Of a stretch of 64,000 nt of DNA, positions 24,792 through 34,426 are shown piece after piece (the stretch's first letter is position 1; every line of letters starts with the position of its first letter). The stretch is taken from positions 736,001 to 800,000 of the forward strand of contig CAWJSJ010000002.1 of assembly GCA_963845565.1 (NCBI GenBank), read 5' to 3'. Position numbers and translations under genes: made by a program. The notes under the pieces were generated by a model. The model saw only the letters and a program-made list of their open reading frames with translations, did not search any database and had not been told where the DNA came from. Source of the stretch: an uncultured Methylomirabilota bacterium (GTDB lineage Bacteria; Methylomirabilota; Methylomirabilia; Methylomirabilales; 2-02-FULL-66-22).

Positions 24792-25760
24792 ATGAAACGA
24801 GCGATGTGGAGTCTTGCCCTCGTCGCTTTCGCGATCGTGGGAATCGCCACGACCGCGATGGCGGCCTATCCGGACAAACCCATTCAGTTGATCGTACCCT
24901 ACTCGGCCGGCGGTTCCACCGACGTGCTGGCGCGGGCCATCGGCCAGGTGGCGCCCCGCTTCTTCCCGCAGCCGGTGGTGATCGTGAACAAGGCCGGCGG
25001 CGGCGGGATTCCCGGCCGGGTGGACGTGGCGAAGTCCCGGCCGGACGGCTACACCTTGCTCTTCGGCTGGGGCTCGGGCGAGGACCTGGTGGTGCCTCAC
25101 CAGCGCGCCCTGCCGTACGACATCTTCAAGGATTTCGAGACCGTCTGCCGGATGTCCGTCCACTCCATCGTTCTGGCGGTTCCGGCCAGCGCGCCCCACA
25201 AGACTCTGGCCGACCTGGTGAAGTGGGCCAAGGCGAATGAGCCCGTCACCGCGACGGTCTCGACCAAGGGCGGATCGGTCGATATCACCCTCCTCCTCTT
25301 CGCCAAGGCGGCGGGCTTCAAGCTCACGACGGTCCCGGGTTCCGGCGGAGCGGATGCCATCACCAAGCTCGTGGGCGGCCACGTGCCGTTCGGCGGCCAG
25401 CACCCAAGCGAGGTGCTGCCGCACTTCAAGGCCGATCGTCTGCGTGGTCTGGCCGTGGCCTTCGACAAGCGCGACCCCTCGGTGCCGGAGATCCCCACCT
25501 TCAAGGAGTTCGGCTACGACGTGGTGACGGCCGGCTCGGTGAAGGGTGTGGCGGTCCCGAAGGGCACGCCGAAGGAGATCACCACCTACCTCGAGAAGAA
25601 GTTCAAGGAGATCGCCGACGACGCCGAGTTCCAGAAGATCATGAAGGACCTCGGGCAGCCGGTGATGTACCAGACGGCCGCAGAGTACACGACCTGGTTC
25701 AAGGCGGCCTACGATCAATACGGGCAGTTGATCAAGAGCCTGGGGATCGAGGCCAAATAG
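24792..25760 (+). CDS. tctC: Bug/TctC substrate-binding protein 1
   Basis: Signal peptide; YPDKPIQLIVPYSAGGSTD; PDGYTL; IPTFKEFG. Confidence 0.93.
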   Translation: MKRAMWSLALVAFAIVGIATTAMAAYPDKPIQLIVPYSAGGSTDVLARAIGQVAPRFFPQPVVIVNKAGGGGIPGRVDVAKSRPDGYTLLFGWGSGEDLVVPHQRALPYDIFKDFETVCRMSVHSIVLAVPASAPHKTLADLVKWAKANEPVTATVSTKGGSVDITLLLFAKAAGFKLTTVPGSGGADAITKLVGGHVPFGGQHPSEVLPHFKADRLRGLAVAFDKRDPSVPEIPTFKEFGYDVVTAGSVKGVAVPKGTPKEITTYLEKKFKEIADDAEFQKIMKDLGQPVMYQTAAEYTTWFKAAYDQYGQLIKSLGIEAK

Positions 25761-25812
25761 TCCCACGCTGCATGATCGGGGGAGGGAAGCCCGCTTCCCC
25801 GGATGGTCTGGC

Positions 25813-25853
25813 GGCAATCGGGCCACCCGCTGTCGGGTGGCCCGATTGCCTTT
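25813..25853 (+). terminator. Strong hairpin (terminator or mRNA stabiliser) after tctC1
   Basis: GGCAATCGGGCCACCCG-CTGT-CGGGTGGCCCGATTGCC-TTT, a 17-bp perfect stem. Confidence 0.65.
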
Positions 25854-25892
25854 CGGGTTCGCCGGTGAGTGTCAGGTGGAGGTGAAATCGTC

Positions 25893-26864
25893 ATGCGGAT
25901 GAACTTCGGTAAGGTGATGCTCGTGGGGTTGGCCCTGCTCTGTGGTACCGGAATGGCATCGGCGGCCGCTTTCCCCGACAGGCCGATTCAGTTCATCGTG
26001 CCCTACCGGCTGGCGGCGCGACCGACCTCTGGGCCCGGGCCATCGCCCAGGTGGCGCCGCGCTTCTTCCCCGTCCCGACCGTCGTGGTGAACAAGGCGGG
26101 TGGCGGGGCCATTCCCGGGCGCGTGGACGTGGTGAAGTCGCGGCCGGACGGCTACACGTTGCTGATGGGGTGGGGGTCGGGTGAGGACCTGGTGGTCCCC
26201 CACCAGCGGCAACTCCCCTACGACGTCTTCGTGGACCTGGTGCCGGTGTGCCGGATGTCGGTCCATTCGATCGTCATGGTCGTGCCAGGTTCCTCTCCAC
26301 ACAAGGACATCCCGGAGTTCGTGAAGTGGGCGAAGACCAAAGAGCACGTCACGGCGGCGGTCTCCACCAAGGGCGGCTCGCCGGACATCAGCATGCAGCT
26401 CTTCGCGAAGGCGGCGGGGTTCAAGCTGACCTCGATCCCCGGCTCGGGCGGGGCCGACTCGATGACGCGGCTGGCGGGCGGCCACGTGGACATCAGCGGC
26501 GCGCACCCGAGCGAGATTCTGACCCACGTCAAGGCGGGTCGGATGCGGCCCCTCGGCGTGGCCTTCGCGGAGCGGGACCCCTCCGCGCCCGACGTGCCCA
26601 CCTTCAGGGAGTTCGGCTACGACGTGGTGACGGCCGGCTCGGTGAAGGGTGTCGCGGTCCCCAAGGGCACCCCCAAGGAAGTCATCGCCTACCTGGAGAA
26701 GAAGTTCAAGGAGATCGCCGAGGACGCCGAGTTCCAGAAGATCATGAAGGACATCGCCCAGCCGGTGCTGTACCAGAACGCCGAAGAGTACCGCGTCTGG
26801 GCCAAGCAGGCCTCCGATCAGTACGCGGCAGCTCATCAAGACGTTGGGGATCGAGACGAAGTAG
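25893..26864 (+). CDS. tctC: Bug/TctC substrate-binding protein 2 (frameshifts near 26010 and 26826)
   Basis: FPDRPIQFIVPY in one frame and the body in 26051+; C-terminus LIKTLGIETK*. Closely similar to tctC1. Confidence 0.85.
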
Positions 26865-26891
26865 AGGGAATTCACAAGAGGAGGACGGCCG

Positions 26892-27872
26892 ATGCGAACC
26901 TGGCGCTGTGTACGACCTCTCGGAATCGCGGTTGCGGTGTGCCTGGGAGTCCTGGCCGTCTCGGCCGGCGCGGCGGATTTCCCCAACAAGCCCATCAATC
27001 TCATCGTCCCGTACGGGGCGGGCGGCTCGACCGACGTGATGGCCCGCGCCATTGCGACGGTAGCGCCGAAGCACTTCCCGCAACCCCTCGTGGTGATCAA
27101 CAAGCCGGGTGGGGGCGGGATTCCGGGCCGTGTGGATGTGGTCAAGTCCAAGGCGGACGGCTACACCATCCTCGTCGGCTGGGGCTCGGGCGAGGACCTG
27201 ACCGTCCCGCACCAGCGGCCTCTGCCCTACGATCCCTTCAAGGCGCTTGAGACGCTCTGCCGAATCTCGGTTCACACCCATGCGCTCTTCGTCGAGGCGA
27301 ATTCGCCCCACAAGAGCCTGAAAGAACTGGTGGCCTGGGCGAAGACGAGGGAATTCGTCACCTCTTCGGTAGCCACCAAGGGGAGCGGTGGAGATATCGG
27401 TTTGTACGTGTTCGGGAAGGTGGGAGGCTTCAAGATGCAGACGGTGCCGGGCGCCGGCGGGGCCGAGGCCATCACCCGGCTGGTAGGGGGGCATGTGGAC
27501 ATGGGCGTCGTGCATCCCAGCGAGGGGCTCCCACACCTCAAGGCGGGGCGGGTGCGCGGCTTGGCGGTGATGTTCGAGACCCGAGACCCGGCGATCCCGG
27601 ATGTTCCGACGTTCCGGGAGATGGGGGTCGATCTGGCGACGGCGGGTTCGGTCAAGGGGCTCGCCCTCCCGGCGGGAACCCCCAAGGAGATCATCCAGTA
27701 CCTTGCGGCGGGATTCAAGAAGATCGCCGAGGATCCCGAATTCCAGAAGATCATGAAGGATGTCGGGCAGCCGGTGCTGTACATGGGGCCCGCCGAGTAC
27801 CACCCGTGGCTGTTGAAGGCGTACGACGACTACGGAAAGTTCATCAAGCTGGCAGGTATTGACACCAAGTAA
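26892..27872 (+). CDS. tctC: Bug/TctC substrate-binding protein 3
   Basis: FPNKPINLIVPYGAGGSTD; GWGSGEDL shared with the paralogs. Confidence 0.93.
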   Translation: MRTWRCVRPLGIAVAVCLGVLAVSAGAADFPNKPINLIVPYGAGGSTDVMARAIATVAPKHFPQPLVVINKPGGGGIPGRVDVVKSKADGYTILVGWGSGEDLTVPHQRPLPYDPFKALETLCRISVHTHALFVEANSPHKSLKELVAWAKTREFVTSSVATKGSGGDIGLYVFGKVGGFKMQTVPGAGGAEAITRLVGGHVDMGVVHPSEGLPHLKAGRVRGLAVMFETRDPAIPDVPTFREMGVDLATAGSVKGLALPAGTPKEIIQYLAAGFKKIAEDPEFQKIMKDVGQPVLYMGPAEYHPWLLKAYDDYGKFIKLAGIDTK

Positions 27873-27957
27873 ACGCGGCGCGGCAGTCACACACATTCAC
27901 CCAAGACGGTCCGACTGGTGTTCCAGCCCGACCGCGGTGCGCGGAGGCACGACAACG

Positions 27958-28923
27958 ATGGCAAAAGGCAAGATCCTGATGTCCCAGCCGATCCACGAGG
28001 CGGGGATCAAGCTCATCACCGACCAGGGGTACGTTCCGCGGGTCGCACCCGATTTCACCGAGGCGACGCTGATCAAGGAAGTCCAGGACGCCGGCGGGTT
28101 CCTGGTGCGGACGGCGGAGATCCCGGCTTCGGTGATCAACGCCGGGAAGGTTCTCAAGGTTATCGCCCGGCACGGCGTGGGTTACGACAACATCGACGTC
28201 AAGGCTGCCACGGCGCGGAAGATCCCGGTGTGCATCACGCCCCGGGCCAATGCCCTGTCGGTGGCGGAGCATGTCATCGCCCTGATGCTGGCTCTGGCCA
28301 AGCGGATGCTGCCGTTCGATGCGGCCACACGGAAGAACGAGTGGGACGTCCGGAACAGCTACAGCGCCTTCGACTTGGACGGAAAGACGCTGGGGATTCT
28401 CGGCATGGGTCGGATCGGGATGTTGGTATGTCAGAAAGCGAAGGCCGCCTTCAACATGGAGATTCTGGCCTACGACCCGCTGGTCCCGAAGGAGGCGATG
28501 GAGAAGGCGGGAGCAAGAGTCGCGACGATTGCCGAGATTCTGAAGGCGTCGGACTTCGTCACGCTCCACGTCCCCTCCATGGCCGAGACGAAGGGGTTGA
28601 TCGGCACGGCGCAGCTCAAGACGATGAAGCGCTCGGCATTCCTCATCAACTGCGCCCGCGGACCCATCGTGGACGAGGCGGCGCTGGTCAAGGCCCTGAA
28701 AGACGGTACCATCGCCGGCGCGGGGCTGGACGTGTTCGATCCCGAGCCGCCGAAGGCCGATAACCCACTCTTCGGCCTCCCGAACGTGGTGTTGAGCCCC
28801 CACTCGGCCGGTCTCACGGTGGAGTGCGTGATCCGCATGGCCACCCACGCTGCGCAGGCCATCATCGACGCCCTCGAGGGGCGGCGACCCGAGGGCGTGA
28901 TCAATCCAGAGGCGTTGAAGTAA
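27958..28923 (+). CDS. D-2-hydroxyacid dehydrogenase (SerA-like, no ACT domain)
   Basis: RHGVGYDNID, GILGMGRIG, INCARG, LDVFDPEP and SPHSAG motifs. Confidence 0.92.
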   Translation: MAKGKILMSQPIHEAGIKLITDQGYVPRVAPDFTEATLIKEVQDAGGFLVRTAEIPASVINAGKVLKVIARHGVGYDNIDVKAATARKIPVCITPRANALSVAEHVIALMLALAKRMLPFDAATRKNEWDVRNSYSAFDLDGKTLGILGMGRIGMLVCQKAKAAFNMEILAYDPLVPKEAMEKAGARVATIAEILKASDFVTLHVPSMAETKGLIGTAQLKTMKRSAFLINCARGPIVDEAALVKALKDGTIAGAGLDVFDPEPPKADNPLFGLPNVVLSPHSAGLTVECVIRMATHAAQAIIDALEGRRPEGVINPEALK

Positions 28924-28963
28924 GCTGGCTGTCTGGGCTGCAATTCACGTGGACCCGTATCCC

Positions 28964-28997
28964 GAGGCCCCGTCGGTACCGCGCCGACGGGGCCTTT
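28964..28997 (+). terminator. Intrinsic terminator-like hairpin
   Basis: GAGGCCCCGTCGG-TACCGCG-CCGACGGGGCCTTT after the dehydrogenase stop. Confidence 0.65.
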
Positions 28998-29001
28998 CCG
29001 C

Positions 29002-29030
29002 TTGACAAGGGGCGGGTGCTCCTCGATAGT
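29002..29030 (+). promoter_or_regulatory. Sigma70-like promoter
   Basis: TTGACA-17 nt-GATAGT. Confidence 0.6.
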
Positions 29031-29249
29031 CCGGGCGGAGGGCCGAGCGCGTGCGCCCCATCGCGTACACGCGCGAGGGCCTTCCCCACGAACGGAGCAG
29101 CGCGGCGGGCGATGTAGCCATTATTCCGCGCTGCGTAGTATGGGGGCTGCTGAGCTTCTGATGTGGAGTGGTGGACGCCCTGAGGCTGGCGGCTTCGGGG
29201 CGTTTCATTTGGCGACGTGGGCCGGCCGACGGCGCGGCCAGGATCGGGC

Positions 29250-30635
29250 GTGATCGTGACGGAAATCGACGTGGCACTCTCCCGTCTGTTCGAGGTGTTC
29301 GTCGGCGCAGGGCACGAACTGTATCTCGTGGGCGGCGCGGTGCGGGATCACCTGCTCGGAGCCCCGCTCGAGAGCCTCGGCGATCTGGATTTCGCCACCA
29401 GCGCCATGCCTGCCGACAGCGCGCGTATCCTGCGCGCTGCCAAGTTGCCGGTCTTCACCGTGGGGAGCCGGTTCGGCACGGTGGGCACCATCAGCGACGC
29501 TGGGGGCCTTCGCCGCGAGATCCAGATCACCACCTATCGGGGGGAGGCATATTCTAACGGAAGCCGGAAGCCTCGAGTCACCTTTGGCCAAGATCTGGAG
29601 TCGGATCTGGCGCGGCGGGACTTTTCGATCAATGCCATGGCGATGACGGCCGATCGCCACCTGATCGACCCCTTCGGCGGCGAGAAGGACCTCCGGCAGC
29701 GTACCCTGCGTACCGTGGGCGATCCGCGCGTCATCTTCCGGGAGGATCCGCTACGGACGCTTCGCGCCGCGCGCTTCATTGCCACGCTGGGCATGCGGCC
29801 GGAGGCGGGACTCCCCGAGGTGGTCCGAGAGGTGGCCGGAGAGATCTTGACGGTCAGCCGCGAGCGATGGTTGCTCGAGATGAACAAGATCCTGGTGGGC
29901 AGCGCCGCTGCGGAGGGCCTGTCGTTCCTTGAGAGTACGGGGGTCCTGGCCCACCTCTGGCCGGCAGGGCAGGCCATGGTCGAGTTCCGGGCGGATCAGG
30001 GGCGGTACCACCACAAGGCACTATGGCCGCACACCCTGGGGGTGGTGAGCCAAGCGCCCCCGCGGGTGGCCGTGCGGTGGGCGGCCCTCCTGCACGATGC
30101 CGGCAAGGTCACGACCCGCTCGGTGGACGCGGCGGGGGACGTGCACTTCTTCGGGCACGAGGCCGTGGGGGCCGCCATCGTGGACGATGCAGCCCGCCGC
30201 TTCCGGTTCGATCGCGCCTTGCACCAGCGGGTGCGGACGCTGGTGTGGCTGCACCAGCGTCCGGCGCTCTACGACGGCACCTGGACCGACGGGGCCGTCC
30301 GACGCCTCATCCGCGAAGCCGGAGACGTGCTGGACGATCTGCTGGATCTCAGTCGCGCCGACGTGACCTCGCATCGGCCCGGCGTCCGGGACGCGGTGCT
30401 GGTCCGGCTTGCGGAGTTGCAGGCTCGGGCGGCGGACCTGAAGGCGAAAGACGGCCAGGCGCCTCTGCTGCCAAAGGGGATCGGGCAGGCCATCATGGCC
30501 CATTTCGGCATCGCGGCGGGGCCGCGCGTGGGACAACTGAAAGAGCGGCTGGAGCAAGCGGTCCTGGACGGCGAGCTGTCCCGGGATGCCGCACCTGCGG
30601 CCTACCTCACCTATCTGCAAGGCGTTCTAGGTTAG
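29250..30635 (+). CDS. cca: CCA tRNA nucleotidyltransferase (class II) with HD domain; start approximate
   Basis: LYLVGGAVRD...DLDFAT, DLARRDFSINAMA, EDPLRTLRAARF and LLHDAGK motifs. Confidence 0.85.
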   Translation: MIVTEIDVALSRLFEVFVGAGHELYLVGGAVRDHLLGAPLESLGDLDFATSAMPADSARILRAAKLPVFTVGSRFGTVGTISDAGGLRREIQITTYRGEAYSNGSRKPRVTFGQDLESDLARRDFSINAMAMTADRHLIDPFGGEKDLRQRTLRTVGDPRVIFREDPLRTLRAARFIATLGMRPEAGLPEVVREVAGEILTVSRERWLLEMNKILVGSAAAEGLSFLESTGVLAHLWPAGQAMVEFRADQGRYHHKALWPHTLGVVSQAPPRVAVRWAALLHDAGKVTTRSVDAAGDVHFFGHEAVGAAIVDDAARRFRFDRALHQRVRTLVWLHQRPALYDGTWTDGAVRRLIREAGDVLDDLLDLSRADVTSHRPGVRDAVLVRLAELQARAADLKAKDGQAPLLPKGIGQAIMAHFGIAAGPRVGQLKERLEQAVLDGELSRDAAPAAYLTYLQGVLG

Positions 30636-30736
30636 GAGCCGTTACGAAATAACCTATACATCTCTTCCTATTTCGTTACGGCTCCTTATGCCGTTTCGGA
30701 ATGTCTCCGCTCAACTAATTCTTTGACAACGGCTTA
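30632..30736 (+). mobile_element. MITE-like composite A+B, copy 1 (TTA-flanked, 102-bp period)
   Basis: TTA-GGAGCCGTTACGAAATA...TATTTCGTTACGGCTCC-TTA-TGCCGTT...AACGGC-TTA; five copies in the window. Confidence 0.9.
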
Positions 30737-30989
30737 GTGCTTCTGCCCGCAATTACGGTGACGTATCGCCGGTCCCCCGGACCGACCCTCGGACGCCTGG
30801 CGCCTCGTCGATGCCGGCTCGCCCTTACCCCGGGTCGGTCCGCTCAGACGCGGCCCTCCGTACCGGGGACGGCTCGCCGGGTACCCATGCGGAGCATGGG
30901 TGTGGCGCGGCGTCTCGGGTCGGCCCGGGGGGACCTGGACTTATGCGGCCACCGTATACGTCATCGAATTTATGTCCGCGTGTACTTAG
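30734..30989 (+). mobile_element. MITE-like family C, copy 1 (TTAG-flanked)
   Basis: Near-identical to 45269-45545; imperfect terminal inverted repeats ...TGACGTAT / ATACGTCA... Confidence 0.85.
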
Positions 30990-32074
30990 GCGGCAGGCTG
31001 CGCGGACACTCGCTGCGGGAGGATGTCGCGCAGGTTCTCCCGCGCCTTGCGGATCATGGTCTCGGTGGTGGGCCAATCCACGCACGGGTCGGTCACAGAA
31101 CAGCCGTACGTCAGCTTGGTCAGGTCGTCCGGGATCGGCTGACTCCCCCCCTCCAGGTTGCTCTCGATCATCAAGCCGACGATGGAACGGTTCCCTTCGC
31201 GGACCTGGTGGACGCAGTCCGACATCACGAGGGGCTGCAGCTCCACGTCCTTGTACGAGTTGGCATGGGAGCAGTCCACGACGATGTTGTGCGGCAGTCC
31301 TGCCTTGGCGAGGGCCCTCTCCGTGATGGAAATACTCACCGTATCGTAATTCGGCCGCCCGGCGCCGCCCCGGAGGACGATATGGCTGTACATGTTCCCC
31401 TGGGTCCGCACGATGGCCGAGCGTCCCTGAAAGCTGAGTCCGAGGAAGCTGTGGGGTCTGGCGGCGGACTGGATGGCATTGATGGCCACCTGGATGTCGC
31501 CGTCGGTGCCGTTCTTGAATCCGACGGGCGTCGATAAACCGCTCGCCATCTCCCGATGGGTCTGGGACTCGGACGTGCGGGCGCCGATGGCTGTCCAGGC
31601 CACAAGATCGCCCAGGTACTGCGGTGTGATGGGGTCCAGGGCCTCGGTAGCCGTGGGCAGTCCCAGCTCCGCCACCTTGAGGAGAAAGGCGCGGGCCTTT
31701 TCTATTCCCTCCTCGATGCGAAAGGAGTCGTCCATGTACGGATCGTTGATGAACCCTTTCCATCCCGTCGAGGTGCGCGGCTTCTCGAAGTAGACCCGCA
31801 TCACCAGGCACAAGGTGTCTCGGACGCTCTCCGCGAGGGCGCTCAGGCGCTCGGCGTAGTCGTACCCGGCGACCGGGTCGTGGATGGAGCAGGGGCCGAC
31901 GATGATGAAGATGCGCGGATCCGAACGATCGAGGATGCGTTTGAGCGCCTCCCGCCCCCCGTAGACCGCGTCCGAGGCTCGCTCCGAGATCGGCAGCCGC
32001 GCATGAATCTCCTCGGGCGACGGCATCAGGTCGAAGGCGGCGACATTCAGGTTTTCCAGTCGTGGCGTTGTCAT
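30986..32074 (-). CDS. 3-deoxy-7-phosphoheptulonate (DAHP) synthase, class I-alpha (AroF/G/H type)
   Basis: VGPCSIHD, RVYFEKPRTSTGWKG, AIGARTSESQTHRE, DCSHANS and SVTDPC motifs. Confidence 0.95.
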   Translation of the reverse strand: MTTPRLENLNVAAFDLMPSPEEIHARLPISERASDAVYGGREALKRILDRSDPRIFIIVGPCSIHDPVAGYDYAERLSALAESVRDTLCLVMRVYFEKPRTSTGWKGFINDPYMDDSFRIEEGIEKARAFLLKVAELGLPTATEALDPITPQYLGDLVAWTAIGARTSESQTHREMASGLSTPVGFKNGTDGDIQVAINAIQSAARPHSFLGLSFQGRSAIVRTQGNMYSHIVLRGGAGRPNYDTVSISITERALAKAGLPHNIVVDCSHANSYKDVELQPLVMSDCVHQVREGNRSIVGLMIESNLEGGSQPIPDDLTKLTYGCSVTDPCVDWPTTETMIRKARENLRDILPQRVSAQPAA

Positions 32075-32109
32075 GATCGAACCACACTTTCCTTCGTGAA
32101 GAATCCGGG

Positions 32110-33288
32110 CTAGGGTGTGTCGAGCAGCCGCCGGGCGGTCCGGGTCAGGAATTCCACGCCGATCGCCAGGGCTGTCTCGTCGATGTCGAACTTCGCGTTG
32201 TGCATCGAGGGAGCGGGAGACCACTCGGGTCGGGCCGCTCCGATGAAGGCGAAGCAGCCCGGGGCCTTCTGCCAGAAGAAGGCGGCATCTTCGGACCCGG
32301 TGAGCGGTGCAGGCGCGGTGACGCCGTCGGCGCCGACGATGCCCGCGGCGGCTTCTCGTGCGATCCGGGTCACGGCCGGGTCGTTCAGCACCGCCGGCGT
32401 GAGGAATTCGTGGCTCACCTGGGCCGTGCACCGGAACGCCCCGGCGACGCCTTCCGCCATCCGCGTGAGGCCGGCCAGGAGTGTTTCGCGGAGTTCGGGG
32501 TTGAAGCAACGGAAGGTGCCGGTCATCTCCACGGTGTCCGGGATGATGTTGAAGGCGGTCCCGGCCTGGAGCATGGTGATGCTCAGGATGGCGGCATCGA
32601 GGGGCGGCGTCTCCCGGCTGACCAGGGCCTGGATCGCCGTGATGACCTGGGCTGCGGCCACCACGGGATCGATGGCGAGGTGGGGGCTGGCGCCGTGTCC
32701 TCCCCGTCCGGTGACGGTGAGTCTCAGCTTGTCTGCTGAAGCCATGGCGGGCCCCTCGCAGATGGCGATGGTTCCCGTCGGCCACTGAGTCAAGACATGT
32801 ACGGCGAGGGCGGCATCCGGCCGGACGCCGTCGAGCGCGCCGTCCTGGAGCATGGCGGCGGCGCCCGCGGCCAGCTCCTCGGCCGGCTGGAACACGAAGA
32901 AGAGATTCCCCGACAGCCTCGGAGCCTCCTTGGCCAGAACCGCCGCCGTCGCGAGCCCCATGGCGGTATGGGCATCGTGTCCGCAGGCGTGCATCACGCC
33001 GGGACGCTCCGACTTCCAGGCGACGTCGGCCTCTTCGCGGATCGGCAGGGCGTCCATGTCGGCGCGGAGCAGGAGCGTCTTGCCGGGCGCGCCGCACTTC
33101 AGGAATCCCGTCACCCCGGTCTTGCCCACACCGGTCCTGACCGTATAGCCCAAGGCGCGCAGGCGTTCCGCGACGATGCCTGCCGTCCGTACCTCCTGGA
33201 AGCCGAGCTCCGGATGCCGATGGAAGTCTCTGCGGAGCGCGATCAAGTCCGGGGTGAGCGCTTCGACCACCGGTGAAATATTCGCCAT
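32110..33288 (-). CDS. M20D family amidohydrolase
   Basis: RRDFHRHPELGFQE, LRADMDAL, HACGHDAH, QPAEE, GGHGASPH and GSEDAAF motifs. Confidence 0.93.
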   Translation of the reverse strand: MANISPVVEALTPDLIALRRDFHRHPELGFQEVRTAGIVAERLRALGYTVRTGVGKTGVTGFLKCGAPGKTLLLRADMDALPIREEADVAWKSERPGVMHACGHDAHTAMGLATAAVLAKEAPRLSGNLFFVFQPAEELAAGAAAMLQDGALDGVRPDAALAVHVLTQWPTGTIAICEGPAMASADKLRLTVTGRGGHGASPHLAIDPVVAAAQVITAIQALVSRETPPLDAAILSITMLQAGTAFNIIPDTVEMTGTFRCFNPELRETLLAGLTRMAEGVAGAFRCTAQVSHEFLTPAVLNDPAVTRIAREAAAGIVGADGVTAPAPLTGSEDAAFFWQKAPGCFAFIGAARPEWSPAPSMHNAKFDIDETALAIGVEFLTRTARRLLDTP

Positions 33289-33544
33289 ACCTGGTGCTCC
33301 TCCGGGGTGACGGGTGATTGGGGTAGGGCGCACGCGCTGCCTGCGCTTGATCCAGGGCACGGCGCGCAGCCGCGGCCCGCGACTCAAGCCTATCACAGCT
33401 CGCCCGCGGATGCACCGTCCGGGACCGCGACGGAAGGGACGTCCCCCCCGGCGCGACCGCCTGCCCGCGATTCCCCCTTGACAACCCCGGCGCGACCGCG
33501 GCATCCTCAACGGGATTTCCTTATCGTCCGAAGGGGGTCCAGTC

Positions 33545-34297
33545 ATGGCCGAGATCGTCACGCTTCCCGCCGCCGGCTACCGGTATCTGCCTGGGGTATT
33601 TCAGTATTCCGCAGGCGTCGCGGCCGAGCCGGGGTTCGAGATCGAGCGCGCGCGTTTCTTGCGTCCCGTACCGCTCGCCGAGGGTTTTCGCGCCGTTGAG
33701 GCGCACCTGGCCGCCATCGGCCGGCCGCGCGTGGCCTTCTGCGCCTGCGAGTTGCGATCACCCGCCCCCTTCACGGAGGAGGGGTTCCTGGCGTTCAACC
33801 GGGTCTACGTCGGAACCCTGGAGCAGTGGGGGATCTGCCGGGACGGCGCGAATCCCGTGGCCCGGTCGAACGTCTGCCCGGAGATCGACCGCCCCGCGAC
33901 CCCGAGTTTTTACGCATTCGCCTACAGTGTGCCCGCCCGCCCGGGGGCCAGGCCCAGTTTCCACATTGCCGGGAGCGGCGAAGCGCCGGAGGGCCGGGGC
34001 AATTACCACGACCACATCGTCCGACGCGGCGACACGTCGCCGGACGGCCTCCGCGAGAAGGCGCGGTACGTGCTCGGCGAGATGGAGCGGCGGATGCGCG
34101 CCCTGGGTTGTGGTTGGGCGCAGGTGACCGGGACGCACCTCTATACGGTGCACGACGTCTTTCCGATCCTCCCCGACGAATTGGTGCGGCGGGGCGCCGT
34201 CCCCGGCGGCCTCACCTGGCATTTCGCGCGCCCGCCGGTGGTCGGCCTGGAGTTCGAGATGGACGTGCGCGGCATCGCGCGCGAGATCGTGCTGTAG
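33545..34297 (+). CDS. CnbZ-like (2-amino-5-chloromuconate deaminase/RidA-like) protein
   Basis: QYSAGVAA, ACELRSPAPF, NPVARSNVCP and RPPVVGLEFEMDVR, recalled as typical of this family. Confidence 0.7.
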   Translation: MAEIVTLPAAGYRYLPGVFQYSAGVAAEPGFEIERARFLRPVPLAEGFRAVEAHLAAIGRPRVAFCACELRSPAPFTEEGFLAFNRVYVGTLEQWGICRDGANPVARSNVCPEIDRPATPSFYAFAYSVPARPGARPSFHIAGSGEAPEGRGNYHDHIVRRGDTSPDGLREKARYVLGEMERRMRALGCGWAQVTGTHLYTVHDVFPILPDELVRRGAVPGGLTWHFARPPVVGLEFEMDVRGIAREIVL

Positions 34298-34426
34298 CGG
34301 CAGGCGCCGACGTGCTGACCGACCTGATCTTCGACCTGTTCCAGTTGCCGAGCGTACTGGCGGGACTGGAGGGCGCGGCCGAGTCCGGCTGATCCCGACT
34401 CGCCAGTCATCTCGCACGGAGAGACC

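Noticed and set aside
29159..29557. Second selenoprotein by read-through of the uORF TGA (SF-U-CG)
   Set aside because: The downstream frame is Arg-rich junk overlapping cca and shows no redox fold.
33348..33361. TTGATCCAGGGCAC as a second FNR box
   Set aside because: Only one half-site matches.
30986..33484. 832-aa DAHP synthase and 1494-aa RecB (55377) as fusion proteins
   Set aside because: The upstream extensions overlap other genes out of frame; the true starts are 32074 and 56241.
34312..34392. 26-aa ORF MLTDLIFDLFQLPSVLAGLEGAAESG between the cnbZ-like gene and the serine hydrolase
   Set aside because: Weak RBS and no recognisable homology; may be a gene scrap.
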